Below are positions 13,497 to 22,141 of a stretch of 26,264 nt of DNA, in pieces; positions within the stretch are counted from its first letter, which is position 1, and each line of letters begins with the position of its first letter. Position numbers and translations under genes: made by a program. The notes beneath the pieces were generated by a model. That model did no database searches and was not told the DNA's origin. It worked only from the letters and a program-made list of their open reading frames with translations. The DNA is from a virus: the IMG/VR virus record IMGVR_UViG_3300047386_000097. One strand, given 5' to 3'.

Positions 13497-15309
13497 GATT
13501 GTCGTCCAGCGAACACTGGACGCAGTAAAGCCGCCGCCCGATTTAAGCATCAGCGAATGGGCTGACCAATATCGCGTGCTGTCGAGCGAAGCATCGAGCG
13601 AATACGGCGCGTGGAATACCAGCCGTGCCGAATATCAACGCGGCATTATGGATGCTATATCGGACGACAATATCGAAGAAATCACCATTATGTCATGCGC
13701 GCAGGTCGGCAAGACAGAGATGATACTTAACCTGATTGGCTATCATGTCGCGCAAGACCCAGCCCCGATGCTGGTAGTGCAGCCGACACTTGAGATGGCA
13801 CAAACATTCTCGAAAGACCGCCTTGCGCCTATGGTGCGAGATTGTCCGACACTGGCTGACAAGATTAAAGACCCGCGCGCAAGAGACAGTGGCAACAGTA
13901 TCTTGAAAAAACAATTTGCTGGCGGTCATATAACGATGTGCGGTGCAAACAGCCCATCAAGTCTTGCGTCGCGTCCTGTTCGCCTAGTTCTATGCGATGA
14001 GGTTGACCGCTTCCCGAACAGTGCTGGCACAGAAGGCGACCCGATTGATTTGGCGAAACGCCGGGCGACCACATTCACAAACCGCAAGATTGTAATGGTC
14101 AGCACGCCGACGGTCAAAGATGCCAGCCGCATCGAAGCAGCATTTGAAGAAACTGATAAACGCGAGTATCATGTCCCGTGTAAAGACTGCGGTGAAGAAC
14201 AAGTGCTTCGGTGGAGCAACGTAAAGTGGGATAAGGACAAGCCAGAGACGGCGGCTTATATCTGCGAACACTGCGGGTCAGTTTGGGATGATGCGGCTCG
14301 TTTCCGAGCAATACGCAGGGGCAGATGGGTCGCCACCAACCCATCAGTCGGGAAGGCGGGCTTCCGACTATCTGGTTTGTGTTCACCGTGGACACCTATC
14401 GAAAGTGCAGTGCGCGAGTTTTTGGAAGCTAAGAAGCTGCCAGAGACTTTGCGCGTATGGGTCAACACTTACTTAGGCGAAACTTTTGCTGAAAGTGGTG
14501 AGCGTGTCCAAGAGCATGACATTGCAGAGCGACGCGAAGATTGGGGCGAGAAAGTTCCAAACGGTGTTGTGATGGTAACTGCTGGCATTGACGTTCAGGA
14601 TGACCGACTTGAAGTCGAGGTGTTAGGCATTGGCCGTGACGAAGAAACTTGGTCGCTTGATTACAAAGTTCTATATGGCGACCCTGCCGCACCGCAGCTT
14701 TGGTCAGACCTTGATGCGCTGATGGCGACAACATACGAGCGCGAAGATGGCTTTGAGTTGATAATCCAGTCTGGTGCGATAGATACTGGCGGTCACTTTA
14801 CGCAGGCCGTCTATAAATACTGCAAGCCGCGTTATGGTCGGCGCATCTTTGCCATCAAAGGCGTAGGCGGCGAAGGCAAGCCGCTTGTCGGCAGACCCAG
14901 CACAAACAACAATATGAAATGTAAATTGTTCCCGATTGGCGTTGATACGGCTAAAGAGATTGTTTATTCGCGCTTGCGTATTCAAGAGACGGGTGCTGGG
15001 TATTGCCATTTTCCGATTGACCGAGACGACGAGTATTTTCGGATGCTGACCGCCGAGGAAATCGTGACACGCTTTCACAAAGGCTTTAGGAAGCGCGAAT
15101 GGCGCAAGACACGAGCAAGAAACGAAGCACTCGATTGCAGGGTGTATGCCATCGCTGCTTCTGCTATACTTAACACGAATATCAACGCAATGGCATCTCG
15201 GCAGAAGTCCAGACAGAAGCCAGACGACGTTGCAGAAGAAGTTAAGGTGGAGCGCAGGACGGCCAGACGTAGGCCACCCAGCACAGGCTTTGCAAATTCG
15301 TGGAGATGA
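13459..15309 (+). CDS. Terminase large subunit, lambda GpA family
   Basis: PPPDLSISEWADQYRVLS...GAWNTSRAEYQRGIMDA...IMSCAQVGKTE (Walker A-like)...LVVQPTLEMAQTFSKDRLAPM. Start at ATG 13459 (GGTGGA upstream) or ATG 13429. Confidence 0.9.
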   Translation: MKTITIPNKQAAKIVVQRTLDAVKPPPDLSISEWADQYRVLSSEASSEYGAWNTSRAEYQRGIMDAISDDNIEEITIMSCAQVGKTEMILNLIGYHVAQDPAPMLVVQPTLEMAQTFSKDRLAPMVRDCPTLADKIKDPRARDSGNSILKKQFAGGHITMCGANSPSSLASRPVRLVLCDEVDRFPNSAGTEGDPIDLAKRRATTFTNRKIVMVSTPTVKDASRIEAAFEETDKREYHVPCKDCGEEQVLRWSNVKWDKDKPETAAYICEHCGSVWDDAARFRAIRRGRWVATNPSVGKAGFRLSGLCSPWTPIESAVREFLEAKKLPETLRVWVNTYLGETFAESGERVQEHDIAERREDWGEKVPNGVVMVTAGIDVQDDRLEVEVLGIGRDEETWSLDYKVLYGDPAAPQLWSDLDALMATTYEREDGFELIIQSGAIDTGGHFTQAVYKYCKPRYGRRIFAIKGVGGEGKPLVGRPSTNNNMKCKLFPIGVDTAKEIVYSRLRIQETGAGYCHFPIDRDDEYFRMLTAEEIVTRFHKGFRKREWRKTRARNEALDCRVYAIAASAILNTNINAMASRQKSRQKPDDVAEEVKVERRTARRRPPSTGFANSWR

Positions 15310-15315
15310 TGTAAG

Positions 15316-15447
15316 ATGGCAAAGAAGTTTGGGGTCGCAGAACCGCGTGTCAAGTTAAAGATACGACGCAAAGGGCGACACAGCAAGGTTGTTAAACGGC
15401 GCGACAAGAAGCAGTCGTTCTTTACTAAGGGGTCATGCCGTGGCTAA
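15316..15447 (+). CDS. Possible 43-aa highly basic peptide
   Basis: GGAG lies 10 nt upstream of the ATG at 15316. Hand translation gives MAKKFGVAEPRVKLKIRRKGRHSKVVKRRDKKQSFFTKGSCRG. It fills the gap between terminase and the next gene. Support is weak. Confidence 0.25.
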   Translation: MAKKFGVAEPRVKLKIRRKGRHSKVVKRRDKKQSFFTKGSCRG

Positions 15448-16024
15448 TTTATTCGACGCTGATAACGCGCCAACAACTGAACCGCACAAACTTGTTGTTG
15501 GTGACTTTGTTCAGTGGAAGCGAACCGACCTTGTTAATGATTATCCTGTCGCCACGCACTCTGCCGAGATAGTTGCACGGTCAACACATGCTGGCTCTAC
15601 TGAGTTCAAGATTGCCGCGACAGAGAACGCCGATTACTATTTATTTTCTGCCGCAAGCAGCGTGACCGAAAACTACACCGCCGGGCATTACCACTGGCAG
15701 CTTGACATCACGGAGACATCTTCTGGCAATCGCATCGTGGTTGACAATGGCACGTTTGACGTAATCGAAGACTTGGATGTCAACGGCGCAGACCCGCGCA
15801 GTCATGCCGAGATTATGCTTAATAAGATTGAGAGCATCCTGTCCGGCAAAGCCGACAGCGATGTGTCTAACTACAGCATCAATGGTCGCAGCCTGACTAA
15901 ATTCTCATTTGCTGAACTTATGGAAGCGCGCGAAAGCTATCGCGCCGAATATCAGCGCGAAATCAATAAAGAGCTTGCTGAGAATGGTGAAAAGACAGGC
16001 CAAACAATTCTGGTGAGGTTCTAA
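15440..16024 (+). CDS. Head-tail joining protein with a gpW-like C-terminal domain and an extra N-terminal domain (194 aa)
   Basis: GTG at 15440 with AAGGGG 7 nt upstream; the track TTG at 15389 has no spacer. The C-terminus AEIMLNKIESILSGKADSDVSNYSINGRSLTKFSFAELMEARESYRAEY resembles lambda gpW. Its position between GpA and the portal matches lambda W. Confidence 0.5.
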   Translation: MANLFDADNAPTTEPHKLVVGDFVQWKRTDLVNDYPVATHSAEIVARSTHAGSTEFKIAATENADYYLFSAASSVTENYTAGHYHWQLDITETSSGNRIVVDNGTFDVIEDLDVNGADPRSHAEIMLNKIESILSGKADSDVSNYSINGRSLTKFSFAELMEARESYRAEYQREINKELAENGEKTGQTILVRF

Positions 16025-16027
16025 CCG

Positions 16028-17515
16028 ATGGCATTTTTTGATTTTCTACGCACGAAACAGAAGCCAAAACACATGAAACGGTCATATTACGGCGCAGAAA
16101 CAGGCCGTCTTTTTTCCGATTTTATCACTCAATCACTGTCTGCTGACAGCGAAATCAGCCCATCTTTACGCATTTTGCGTGACCGTTGCCGCGAAATATC
16201 GCGCAATGACCCGTATGCCAAGCGTTATATCCAAATCTTGAACAGCAATGTCGTCGGCTCTGCTGGTGTTCGCCTGCAAGTTCGCAAGCGCAATGCAGAC
16301 GGCTCACTCGACTCGCCGGGCAATCGTGTTGTCGAAAATGCTTGGTCATCTTGGGGTCGCAAAGACACCTGTTCGATTGATGGTCGCCTGACTTGGAATC
16401 AGTGCCAACGCCTGTTCATCGAAACGCTTGCGCGTGATGGCGAGGTCTTGGTTCGCAAGATTAAGAACCCTGCTGGCAACCGCTTTGGCTTTTCGTTGCA
16501 GTTTATCGAAGCCGACTATCTCGATGAGAACTATAACAACACCGCGCCGAGTGGCAACGAAGTGCGTATGGGTGTTGAGATTACCAAAGAAGGCAAGCCC
16601 GTTGCCTATTGGTTGTTTGAAGATAACCCAAATCACACCAATGGCTTTGGCCGTAACATGAGCGCACGCAAACGCATCCGCGTGCCAGCCGAAGAAATCA
16701 TCCACGCCTTCATTCAAGAGCGTGCAGGCCAGACCCGCGGCGTGCCGATGATGGCAAACGTGTTAAGCCGCCTCAAGATGCTTGACGGTTTTGAGGAAGC
16801 CAGCTTGGTTCACGCTCGTGTAGCTGCGTCGAAGATGGGTTTCTTTACATCACCGTCTGGCGATGAGTTTATTGGCGACGACTATGACGGCGCAGCCCCA
16901 TTGATGGACGCAAGCCCCGGCACGTTCAGCCAGTTGCCAGAAGGCATGTCGTTTGAAAGTTTTGACCCGTCGGGTGTCGGCGGTGCTGACTTTGCAGATT
17001 TCGAGAAAGCTATCTTGCGCGGCATCGCATCTGGTCTTGGTGTCAGTTATGTGTCGCTCTCTAATAACTTGGAAGGCGTTAGCTACAGCAGCATTAGACA
17101 AGGCACGATGGAAGACCGCGACAACTTTAAGATGTTGCAGCAGTTTATGATTGAGAACTTTGTCGATGACGTTTATCGCTCGTGGCTTGAGCAAGCTATC
17201 ACTTACAACGCGGTCACGTTGCCAATGTCTAAGTATGACCTGTTTGCCGACCAAGTGACTTACCGCCCGCGTGGCTACCCAGCCATTGACCCGCAGAAAG
17301 AGGTCAACGCAAACATCGCTGCAATCAATAGCGGTATTATGACCTTGCAAGATGTCCACGGTCAGAATGGCCGCGACACTGAAGAAGTGTTTGAGCAAGT
17401 TGCACGCGAGAAAGACTTGGCCGCACGTTACGAAATCGAGACTGCGTTCCAGCCGTTTGGCAATAAGTTGCCAGCCGCGCCAAGCATCGACGGAGGGGAC
17501 GATGGCGAGTTATAA
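16028..17515 (+). CDS. Portal protein, lambda family (495 aa)
   Basis: YYGAETGRLFSDF...SADSEI...LRILRDRCREISRNDPYAKRYIQILNSNVVGSAGVRLQ matches the lambda-type portal N-terminal pattern. The position also fits. Confidence 0.9.
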   Translation: MAFFDFLRTKQKPKHMKRSYYGAETGRLFSDFITQSLSADSEISPSLRILRDRCREISRNDPYAKRYIQILNSNVVGSAGVRLQVRKRNADGSLDSPGNRVVENAWSSWGRKDTCSIDGRLTWNQCQRLFIETLARDGEVLVRKIKNPAGNRFGFSLQFIEADYLDENYNNTAPSGNEVRMGVEITKEGKPVAYWLFEDNPNHTNGFGRNMSARKRIRVPAEEIIHAFIQERAGQTRGVPMMANVLSRLKMLDGFEEASLVHARVAASKMGFFTSPSGDEFIGDDYDGAAPLMDASPGTFSQLPEGMSFESFDPSGVGGADFADFEKAILRGIASGLGVSYVSLSNNLEGVSYSSIRQGTMEDRDNFKMLQQFMIENFVDDVYRSWLEQAITYNAVTLPMSKYDLFADQVTYRPRGYPAIDPQKEVNANIAAINSGIMTLQDVHGQNGRDTEEVFEQVAREKDLAARYEIETAFQPFGNKLPAAPSIDGGDDGEL

Positions 17516-20024
17516 GCCGACCGACGGAATGGTTGAGGACGCGAAGCGCGGCCTCGAATGGCGACGCGAACACGGACGCGGTGGCACAGAAGTCGGCATT
17601 GCCCGTGCAAGGGATATTGTCAACGGCAAGAATTTGTCCGAAGATACTGTAAAGCGGATGTATTCTTTCTTTAGCCGCCACGAAGTTGACAAGCAGGGTG
17701 AAGGTTTTTCTCCGGGCGAAAAAGGCTACCCGTCAAATGGACGCATCGCTTGGGCATTGTGGGGTGGCGACGCTGGATTTACTTGGTCTAAAGGATTGGT
17801 TGAGATTATGAAAAAAGATGAAGAACGTGCAGCACCAGACGCATTGACCGTCGGTGACTTTGTTTCTTGGGACAGCAGTGGCGGAACAGCCCGTGGTCGC
17901 ATCGAGCGCATCCAACGTGATGGAAACATCAACGTGCCGGGTTCTGACTTCACTGTAGAAGGCACAGCCGAAGACCCCGCCGCGCTTATCCGCATTTACC
18001 GCGATGACGAAGCCACTGACACGCTGGTCGGTCACAAGTTTAGCACCCTGCGTAAAATCAATGACATTCGTGGCGATAATGAATATGATAAAAAAGAAGA
18101 GCGGCATATTCAGGCAATCGAAGAAACTGAAGATGCTTATATCGTCACCTTTGGCAAATCTATGCCAGAGCGTGAACAAACCGATAAGGAAGATGATATG
18201 GAAGTTGAAATGGAACGCGACGGTTTTGACCGTTCAAAATTGACTTTCCGTGCTGTTGAAGTAGAAGCAACAGACGAAGATGACCGCCGGGTTCGCATGT
18301 CGCTATCAAGCGAAGAACCTGTCGAGCGTAGTTTTGGTATGGAAGTTCTTGAGCATACCGAAGAAGCAATTGACATGTCGCGCATCGCAAGTGGCAACGC
18401 CCCCTTGCTGAAAGACCACGACATGACAGCCCAGATTGGCATCGTCGAAGAAGCCTACCTAGACCGAGCAGAAAGAAAACTGCGTGCGGTTGTGCGTTTT
18501 GGAAAAAGCGCACTTGCTAGGGAGGTTTACGAAGATGTCAAGGATGGTGTAGTCCGTAACGTAAGCATCGGATACATTGTCAAAAATATGGAACAGAGAG
18601 GCAATAACGGGACGGTTATGGTCAATCAGTGGACGCCATATGAAGCCAGCATTGTTGCTGTGCCAGCCGACAATGTCGGTGCTGGCATCGGACGCAGTGC
18701 TGAATTTGTCGAAACTATTGAAGTCAAAAAGGATATTGAAATGACTGAAGTAAATAAAGACGAAATCCGCTTGGAAGCTACTGAAGCCGCCAAACGCGAA
18801 TTTCAAAAAACCGCGCAAGAGATTACTGCTCTTGCCGTTAAGCACAACAAACGTGACCTTGCTGACAAAGCTATTGCCGATGGCATGAGCGTTGACCAGT
18901 TCCGTGGCATGTTGTTGGAAGCCCTGCCGACTGGCAAAGCCCTTGAGCAATCTGCTGGTGCAGTTGACATGAGCGAAAAAGAAGTCCGCAATTACAGCTT
19001 CATGAAAGCTGTTCGTGGTCTGGTAAACGGTTCTGGCCTGAATGGTCTGGAACTCGAAGTCTCCGACGAGATTGCACGCAAAAACGGTAAAGAAGCCCGT
19101 GGCTTCTACGCACCTGACAGCTTCTGGGCTGGCAAGCGTGACCTGATTGCTGGCACAGACGCCGATGGCGGCTTCCTCGTTGGCACAGACCACCGTGGCG
19201 ACCAGTTCATTGATGCCCTGCGTTCGCGCTTGGTATTCTCTGACCTCGGCACACGTTTCTTGTCTGGCCTTAAAGGTGACGTTGCTATTCCGAAAATGAC
19301 TGCTGCTGCTACTGCTGGCTTTGTTGCTGAAAACAACGCCGTTGCCGAGCAAAACCAGACTTTCGGTCAGTTGACACTTTCGCCTAAGTCGCTCGGTGCA
19401 TTCACCGATATGTCTCGTTTGCTGATGATTCAGTCCGACCCGTCGGTTGAAGCTATCATCCGTGACGACCTTCTGAACGCAATCGCTCAAAAAATCGAGC
19501 AAGTTGCAATCAAAGGCGGCGCATCTAACGAGCCTGATGGCATCTTGGAAACAACTGGCATTGGCTCAGTTGCAATCGGCACAAACGGTGGCGCAGCCAC
19601 TTGGGGTTCGGTTGTTGACTTGGTCAAAGAAGTTGAAGCCGACAATGCTGGCCTGTCTGCCGATTCGATGGCATACCTGACAAACAGCAAAGTGAAATCT
19701 CACTTGGCTCAGACTGCTAAAGTAAGCAGCACGGACAGCGTTCAAATCCTGAATGACCCGTGGTCAAGCCTGTATGGTTACAATATGGCCGTCACGAACA
19801 ACGTGCCGTCTGACCTGACCAAAGGCACTGGTTCTGCCTTGTCTGCTCTGGTATTTGGCGACTTTAGCCAACTTATCATCGGCATGTTCTCGTCTGCCGA
19901 CGTTCTGGTTGACCCTTACACGAACAGCGCAACTGGTGCTGTCCGCGTCCGGGTTATGCAGGAAATGGATTTGGGTGTTCGTAATGCCCAGTCGTTTGCT
20001 GCTATCACAGACATCGACGCCTAA
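17502..20024 (+). CDS. Prohead protease - scaffold - HK97-fold major capsid polyprotein (840 aa)
   Basis: GGAGGGG at 17492-17498 precedes the ATG at 17502. The order is as follows. First an N-terminal unknown domain (KRGLEWRREHGRGGTEVGIARARDI...AWALWGGDAGFTWSK). Then a Hva1/TUDOR-like GDFVSWDSSGGTARGRIERI. Then an HK97-type (S78) protease (RMSLSSEEPVERSFG...LLKDHD...VRNVSIGY...YEASIVAVPAD). Then a coiled coil. Finally an HK97 capsid (GGFLVGTDHRGDQFIDALR...LSPKSLGAFTDMSRLLM...LNAIAQKIEQVAIKG...VRVRVMQEMDLGV). Confidence 0.9.
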   Translation: MASYKPTDGMVEDAKRGLEWRREHGRGGTEVGIARARDIVNGKNLSEDTVKRMYSFFSRHEVDKQGEGFSPGEKGYPSNGRIAWALWGGDAGFTWSKGLVEIMKKDEERAAPDALTVGDFVSWDSSGGTARGRIERIQRDGNINVPGSDFTVEGTAEDPAALIRIYRDDEATDTLVGHKFSTLRKINDIRGDNEYDKKEERHIQAIEETEDAYIVTFGKSMPEREQTDKEDDMEVEMERDGFDRSKLTFRAVEVEATDEDDRRVRMSLSSEEPVERSFGMEVLEHTEEAIDMSRIASGNAPLLKDHDMTAQIGIVEEAYLDRAERKLRAVVRFGKSALAREVYEDVKDGVVRNVSIGYIVKNMEQRGNNGTVMVNQWTPYEASIVAVPADNVGAGIGRSAEFVETIEVKKDIEMTEVNKDEIRLEATEAAKREFQKTAQEITALAVKHNKRDLADKAIADGMSVDQFRGMLLEALPTGKALEQSAGAVDMSEKEVRNYSFMKAVRGLVNGSGLNGLELEVSDEIARKNGKEARGFYAPDSFWAGKRDLIAGTDADGGFLVGTDHRGDQFIDALRSRLVFSDLGTRFLSGLKGDVAIPKMTAAATAGFVAENNAVAEQNQTFGQLTLSPKSLGAFTDMSRLLMIQSDPSVEAIIRDDLLNAIAQKIEQVAIKGGASNEPDGILETTGIGSVAIGTNGGAATWGSVVDLVKEVEADNAGLSADSMAYLTNSKVKSHLAQTAKVSSTDSVQILNDPWSSLYGYNMAVTNNVPSDLTKGTGSALSALVFGDFSQLIIGMFSSADVLVDPYTNSATGAVRVRVMQEMDLGVRNAQSFAAITDIDA

Positions 20025-20030
20025 TTGAGT

Positions 20031-20062
20031 GGGGGGTGGGCAATCCCTGCCCCCCATTTTTT
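20031..20062 (+). terminator. Rho-independent terminator after the capsid gene
   Basis: GGGGGG-T-GGG caat CCC-TG-CCCCCC hairpin (20031-20055), then A + TTTTTT (20057-20062). Confidence 0.85.
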
Positions 20063-20080
20063 ATTACTACGGAGAAAACA

Positions 20081-20308
20081 ATGGCTGAACAAAAAGTTAA
20101 GATTGAAGTTATCGCAGGCGTTGGCATCAAAGGTGTCGCATACGCAAAAGGCGATGTCGTTGAAGTTTCTCAGGCAGACGCTTTGCAGCTTATTGCAATG
20201 CGTAAAGCCACTGGCTACGAAGCCCCAAAAGTTGACCGCGCAATCGGTCTGAACACAGAAGATGCAGCACCGCTGGTAAAACGCACCCGCAAGCCGAAAG
20301 CCAAATAA
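20081..20308 (+). CDS. Hypothetical head-associated protein (75 aa)
   Basis: GGAG at 20071-20074 precedes the ATG at 20081. The track start at 20036 runs through the terminator. Confidence 0.6.
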   Translation: MAEQKVKIEVIAGVGIKGVAYAKGDVVEVSQADALQLIAMRKATGYEAPKVDRAIGLNTEDAAPLVKRTRKPKAK

Positions 20309-20620
20309 ATGGCAGTCGAAACCGCCACAGAACTGGCTGTCTTTTTCGAGACAGATGACTTTGCGGTGACAGCAAGCTACACGCCATCAGGCGGGTCAGC
20401 CAGCGATGTCAAAGGCATCTTTGACAAAGAATATCTTGAACTAGATAGCGGCGGCACAGTCGCATTTGCTGTAAATCAGCCGCGCTTCCAGTGTTCGACC
20501 GCCGACGTTGCTAGTGCAGCCGAAGGCGACGCAATCACCATCTCAGGCACAAACTACATCGTGCGCGTAGTGCAAGACGATGGCACTGGCGTGACGACAC
20601 TCGTTATCGAGGAGCAGTAG
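20309..20620 (+). CDS. Head-tail joining / head-closure protein (103 aa)
   Basis: The pattern FFETDDFAVTASY...VKGIFDKEY...FQCSTADV...GDAITISGTNYIVRVVQDDGTGVTTLVI is typical of head-tail joining proteins. Position supports the call. Confidence 0.55.
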   Translation: MAVETATELAVFFETDDFAVTASYTPSGGSASDVKGIFDKEYLELDSGGTVAFAVNQPRFQCSTADVASAAEGDAITISGTNYIVRVVQDDGTGVTTLVIEEQ

Positions 20621-21064
20621 ATGGCGCATGTTCGCAAATCTATCCGTGACAACATCGAAACCACGTTGACCGGGCTGACCACGACGGGCAGTAACGTATA
20701 TGTTACCCGCTTTTATCCGCTTGCCGAGGCGAAGGTGTCTGGCCTTTGCATTTACACTAACAGCGAAGCGACAGAAACAAGCACGCTGAAAACACCTCGC
20801 ACGCAACTGCGGACGCTTGAGGTTATGGTCGAGGCTTATGTCAAAGGCACAACAGGCATCGACGACACGCTCGACACGATTGCTGTCGAAGTCGAAGAAG
20901 CGTTGACGACGGACATTACACGCGGCGGCAATGCCAAAGACACTAAAGTGACAGCATTTGAAGCCAGCTATGCAGGCGACGGCGACCAGCCAGTCGGCGT
21001 TGGGCGTTTTACGGTTGAGGTTCTTTATGCTACACTCGAAAACGATATTGAAACCGCAGTATAG
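20621..21064 (+). CDS. Tail completion / tail terminator-like protein (147 aa)
   Basis: IRDNIETTLTGLTTTGSNVYVTRFYPL...GLCIYTNSE resembles gpU / DUF3168-type proteins. It lies two genes upstream of the major tail gene. Confidence 0.5.
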   Translation: MAHVRKSIRDNIETTLTGLTTTGSNVYVTRFYPLAEAKVSGLCIYTNSEATETSTLKTPRTQLRTLEVMVEAYVKGTTGIDDTLDTIAVEVEEALTTDITRGGNAKDTKVTAFEASYAGDGDQPVGVGRFTVEVLYATLENDIETAV

Positions 21065-21073
21065 GTGACTAGA

Positions 21074-21235
21074 ATGGCCAAGCGTGTTAAGTTATATAAA
21101 GATGGACAGACGATGGAAGTCTGGCAAGAGAATGTTGAAAAGCTAACCGCCCGTGGTTGGTCTGAGACAGAGCCAAAGGCGAAGGCTAAAACAACGCCAA
21201 AAACCGAAGTTGCAACCAACACTGATGAGGTATAA
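21074..21235 (+). CDS. Hypothetical protein (53 aa); below the ORF-track cutoff
   Basis: AGGTGA lies 5 nt upstream of the ATG at 21074. Hand translation gives MAKRVKLYKDGQTMEVWQENVEKLTARGWSETEPKAKAKTTPKTEVATNTDEV. It fills the gap before the major tail gene. Confidence 0.5.
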   Translation: MAKRVKLYKDGQTMEVWQENVEKLTARGWSETEPKAKAKTTPKTEVATNTDEV

Positions 21236-21237
21236 TT

Positions 21238-21624
21238 ATGGCAACGCACACAGGCAGTGAGGGCACGATAAAAATCGGGTCTGACACTTTGGCGGAAATC
21301 CGCTCTTATACGCTCGAAAGCACGGGCGAAGTAATCGAAGACACCTCTATGGGTGACAGCGCACGCAGTTATAAAGCTGGCCTGACCACTTTCACAGGTT
21401 CTTTGGAAGTTTTCTTTGACGAGACTGACACAGCACAAGGCAACTTGGATGCTGGTTCATCAGTTACTTTGGAAGTTTACCCCGAAGGTGCAACCGCAGG
21501 CGACACATATTACACTGGCACAGCCATTGTGACTGGTCGCACCGTGACTGCTTCTTTCGACGGTATGGTCGAGATGTCAATCTCGGTTCAAGGTTCTGGC
21601 GGACTGACAGAAACAACCGTTTAA
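21238..21624 (+). CDS. Major tail protein (128 aa, TP901-1/GTA-like small tube protein)
   Basis: GTIKIGSDTLAEIRSYTLESTGEVIEDTSMGDSARSYKAGLTTFTGSLEVFFD is typical of small siphovirus tube proteins. It sits immediately before the G/GT chaperone pair. Confidence 0.75.
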   Translation: MATHTGSEGTIKIGSDTLAEIRSYTLESTGEVIEDTSMGDSARSYKAGLTTFTGSLEVFFDETDTAQGNLDAGSSVTLEVYPEGATAGDTYYTGTAIVTGRTVTASFDGMVEMSISVQGSGGLTETTV

Positions 21625-21647
21625 TATAACAGACAGGGGGTGGCACT

Positions 21648-21995
21648 ATGTCTGCATTTGGCGAGCGCATAAGCGCGAAAACTAATCAAAGCACAATCCG
21701 TGTTGAGGTTGCAGAGTGGGGTGACGAAAACGAGCCTATGGTTCTTTTCGCCACCCCTCTTAACGCAGGCGAGTTCTCGAAACTGCAAAAGAAGCACCCG
21801 AACTTTCTAAACAACATGACGGTCGAAGGGCTGATTGATATGTTGATTATGAAAGCAATGGACGGCGAAGGTAATAAAGCCTTTGACGTAGGCGACAAGC
21901 CTGTGTTGATGCGCCAGCCTGTTGGTCTTGTCAGCAATGTTGCCGGGCAACTTATGGGCGAAATTGCCAGCGTTGAAGACGCAAAAAAGGACTAA
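21648..21995 (+). CDS. Tail assembly chaperone (gpG-like), 115 aa
   Basis: It lies between the major tail and tape measure genes and ends just after a slippery heptamer. Confidence 0.8.
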   Translation: MSAFGERISAKTNQSTIRVEVAEWGDENEPMVLFATPLNAGEFSKLQKKHPNFLNNMTVEGLIDMLIMKAMDGEGNKAFDVGDKPVLMRQPVGLVSNVAGQLMGEIASVEDAKKD

Positions 21996-22141
21996 GCGAT
22001 GACCCTGACCGATTTGTGGTCATCGCACTTGCCGACCGACTTGGTAAGACCATTGGCGAAATAGAAGATATGCCCTATAATGAACTCATCGAGTGGGTTG
22101 CATATTTGGAAGTGTTAGCGGATGGCCGACCAAAATCTTAG
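21648..22141 (+). CDS. Tail assembly chaperone frameshift fusion (gpGT-like)
   Basis: The -1 extension hand-translated from 21989 gives GLSDDPDRFVVIALADRLGKTIGEIEDMPYNELIEWVAYLEVLADGRPKS. It ends inside the start of the tape measure gene. Confidence 0.75.
21983..21989 (+). promoter_or_regulatory. -1 programmed ribosomal frameshift site A_AAA_AAG
   Basis: The zero frame reads GCA AAA AAG GAC TAA. The -1 frame is open for 50 further codons to the TAG at 22139-22141. Confidence 0.8.

Noticed and set aside
17352-17501. Upstream extensions offered by the ORF track: 17352 for the capsid polyprotein, 4363 for the endolysin, 12912 for TerS, 3731 for the 70-aa protein, 7111, 6158, 6571, 20036 and 15389
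   Set aside because: Each extension overlaps the preceding well-supported gene or a terminator/hairpin and translates to Arg/Ser-rich junk. In each case an internal ATG or GTG has a proper SD at 5-10 nt spacing.
18459-19502. 347-aa minus-strand ORF, the longest alternative ORF in the window
   Set aside because: It lies fully antisense to the strongly supported protease/capsid gene. Its translation is S/F/V/N-rich with no motif. It has no SD and no neighbouring minus-strand genes. Long antisense ORFs are a common by-product of RNY-biased coding sequence.
20025-20252. 75-aa ORF (MSGGWAIPAPHFLLLRRKQW...) starting right after the capsid gene
   Set aside because: It reads through the terminator hairpin and is out of frame with the SD-supported ORF 20081..20308.
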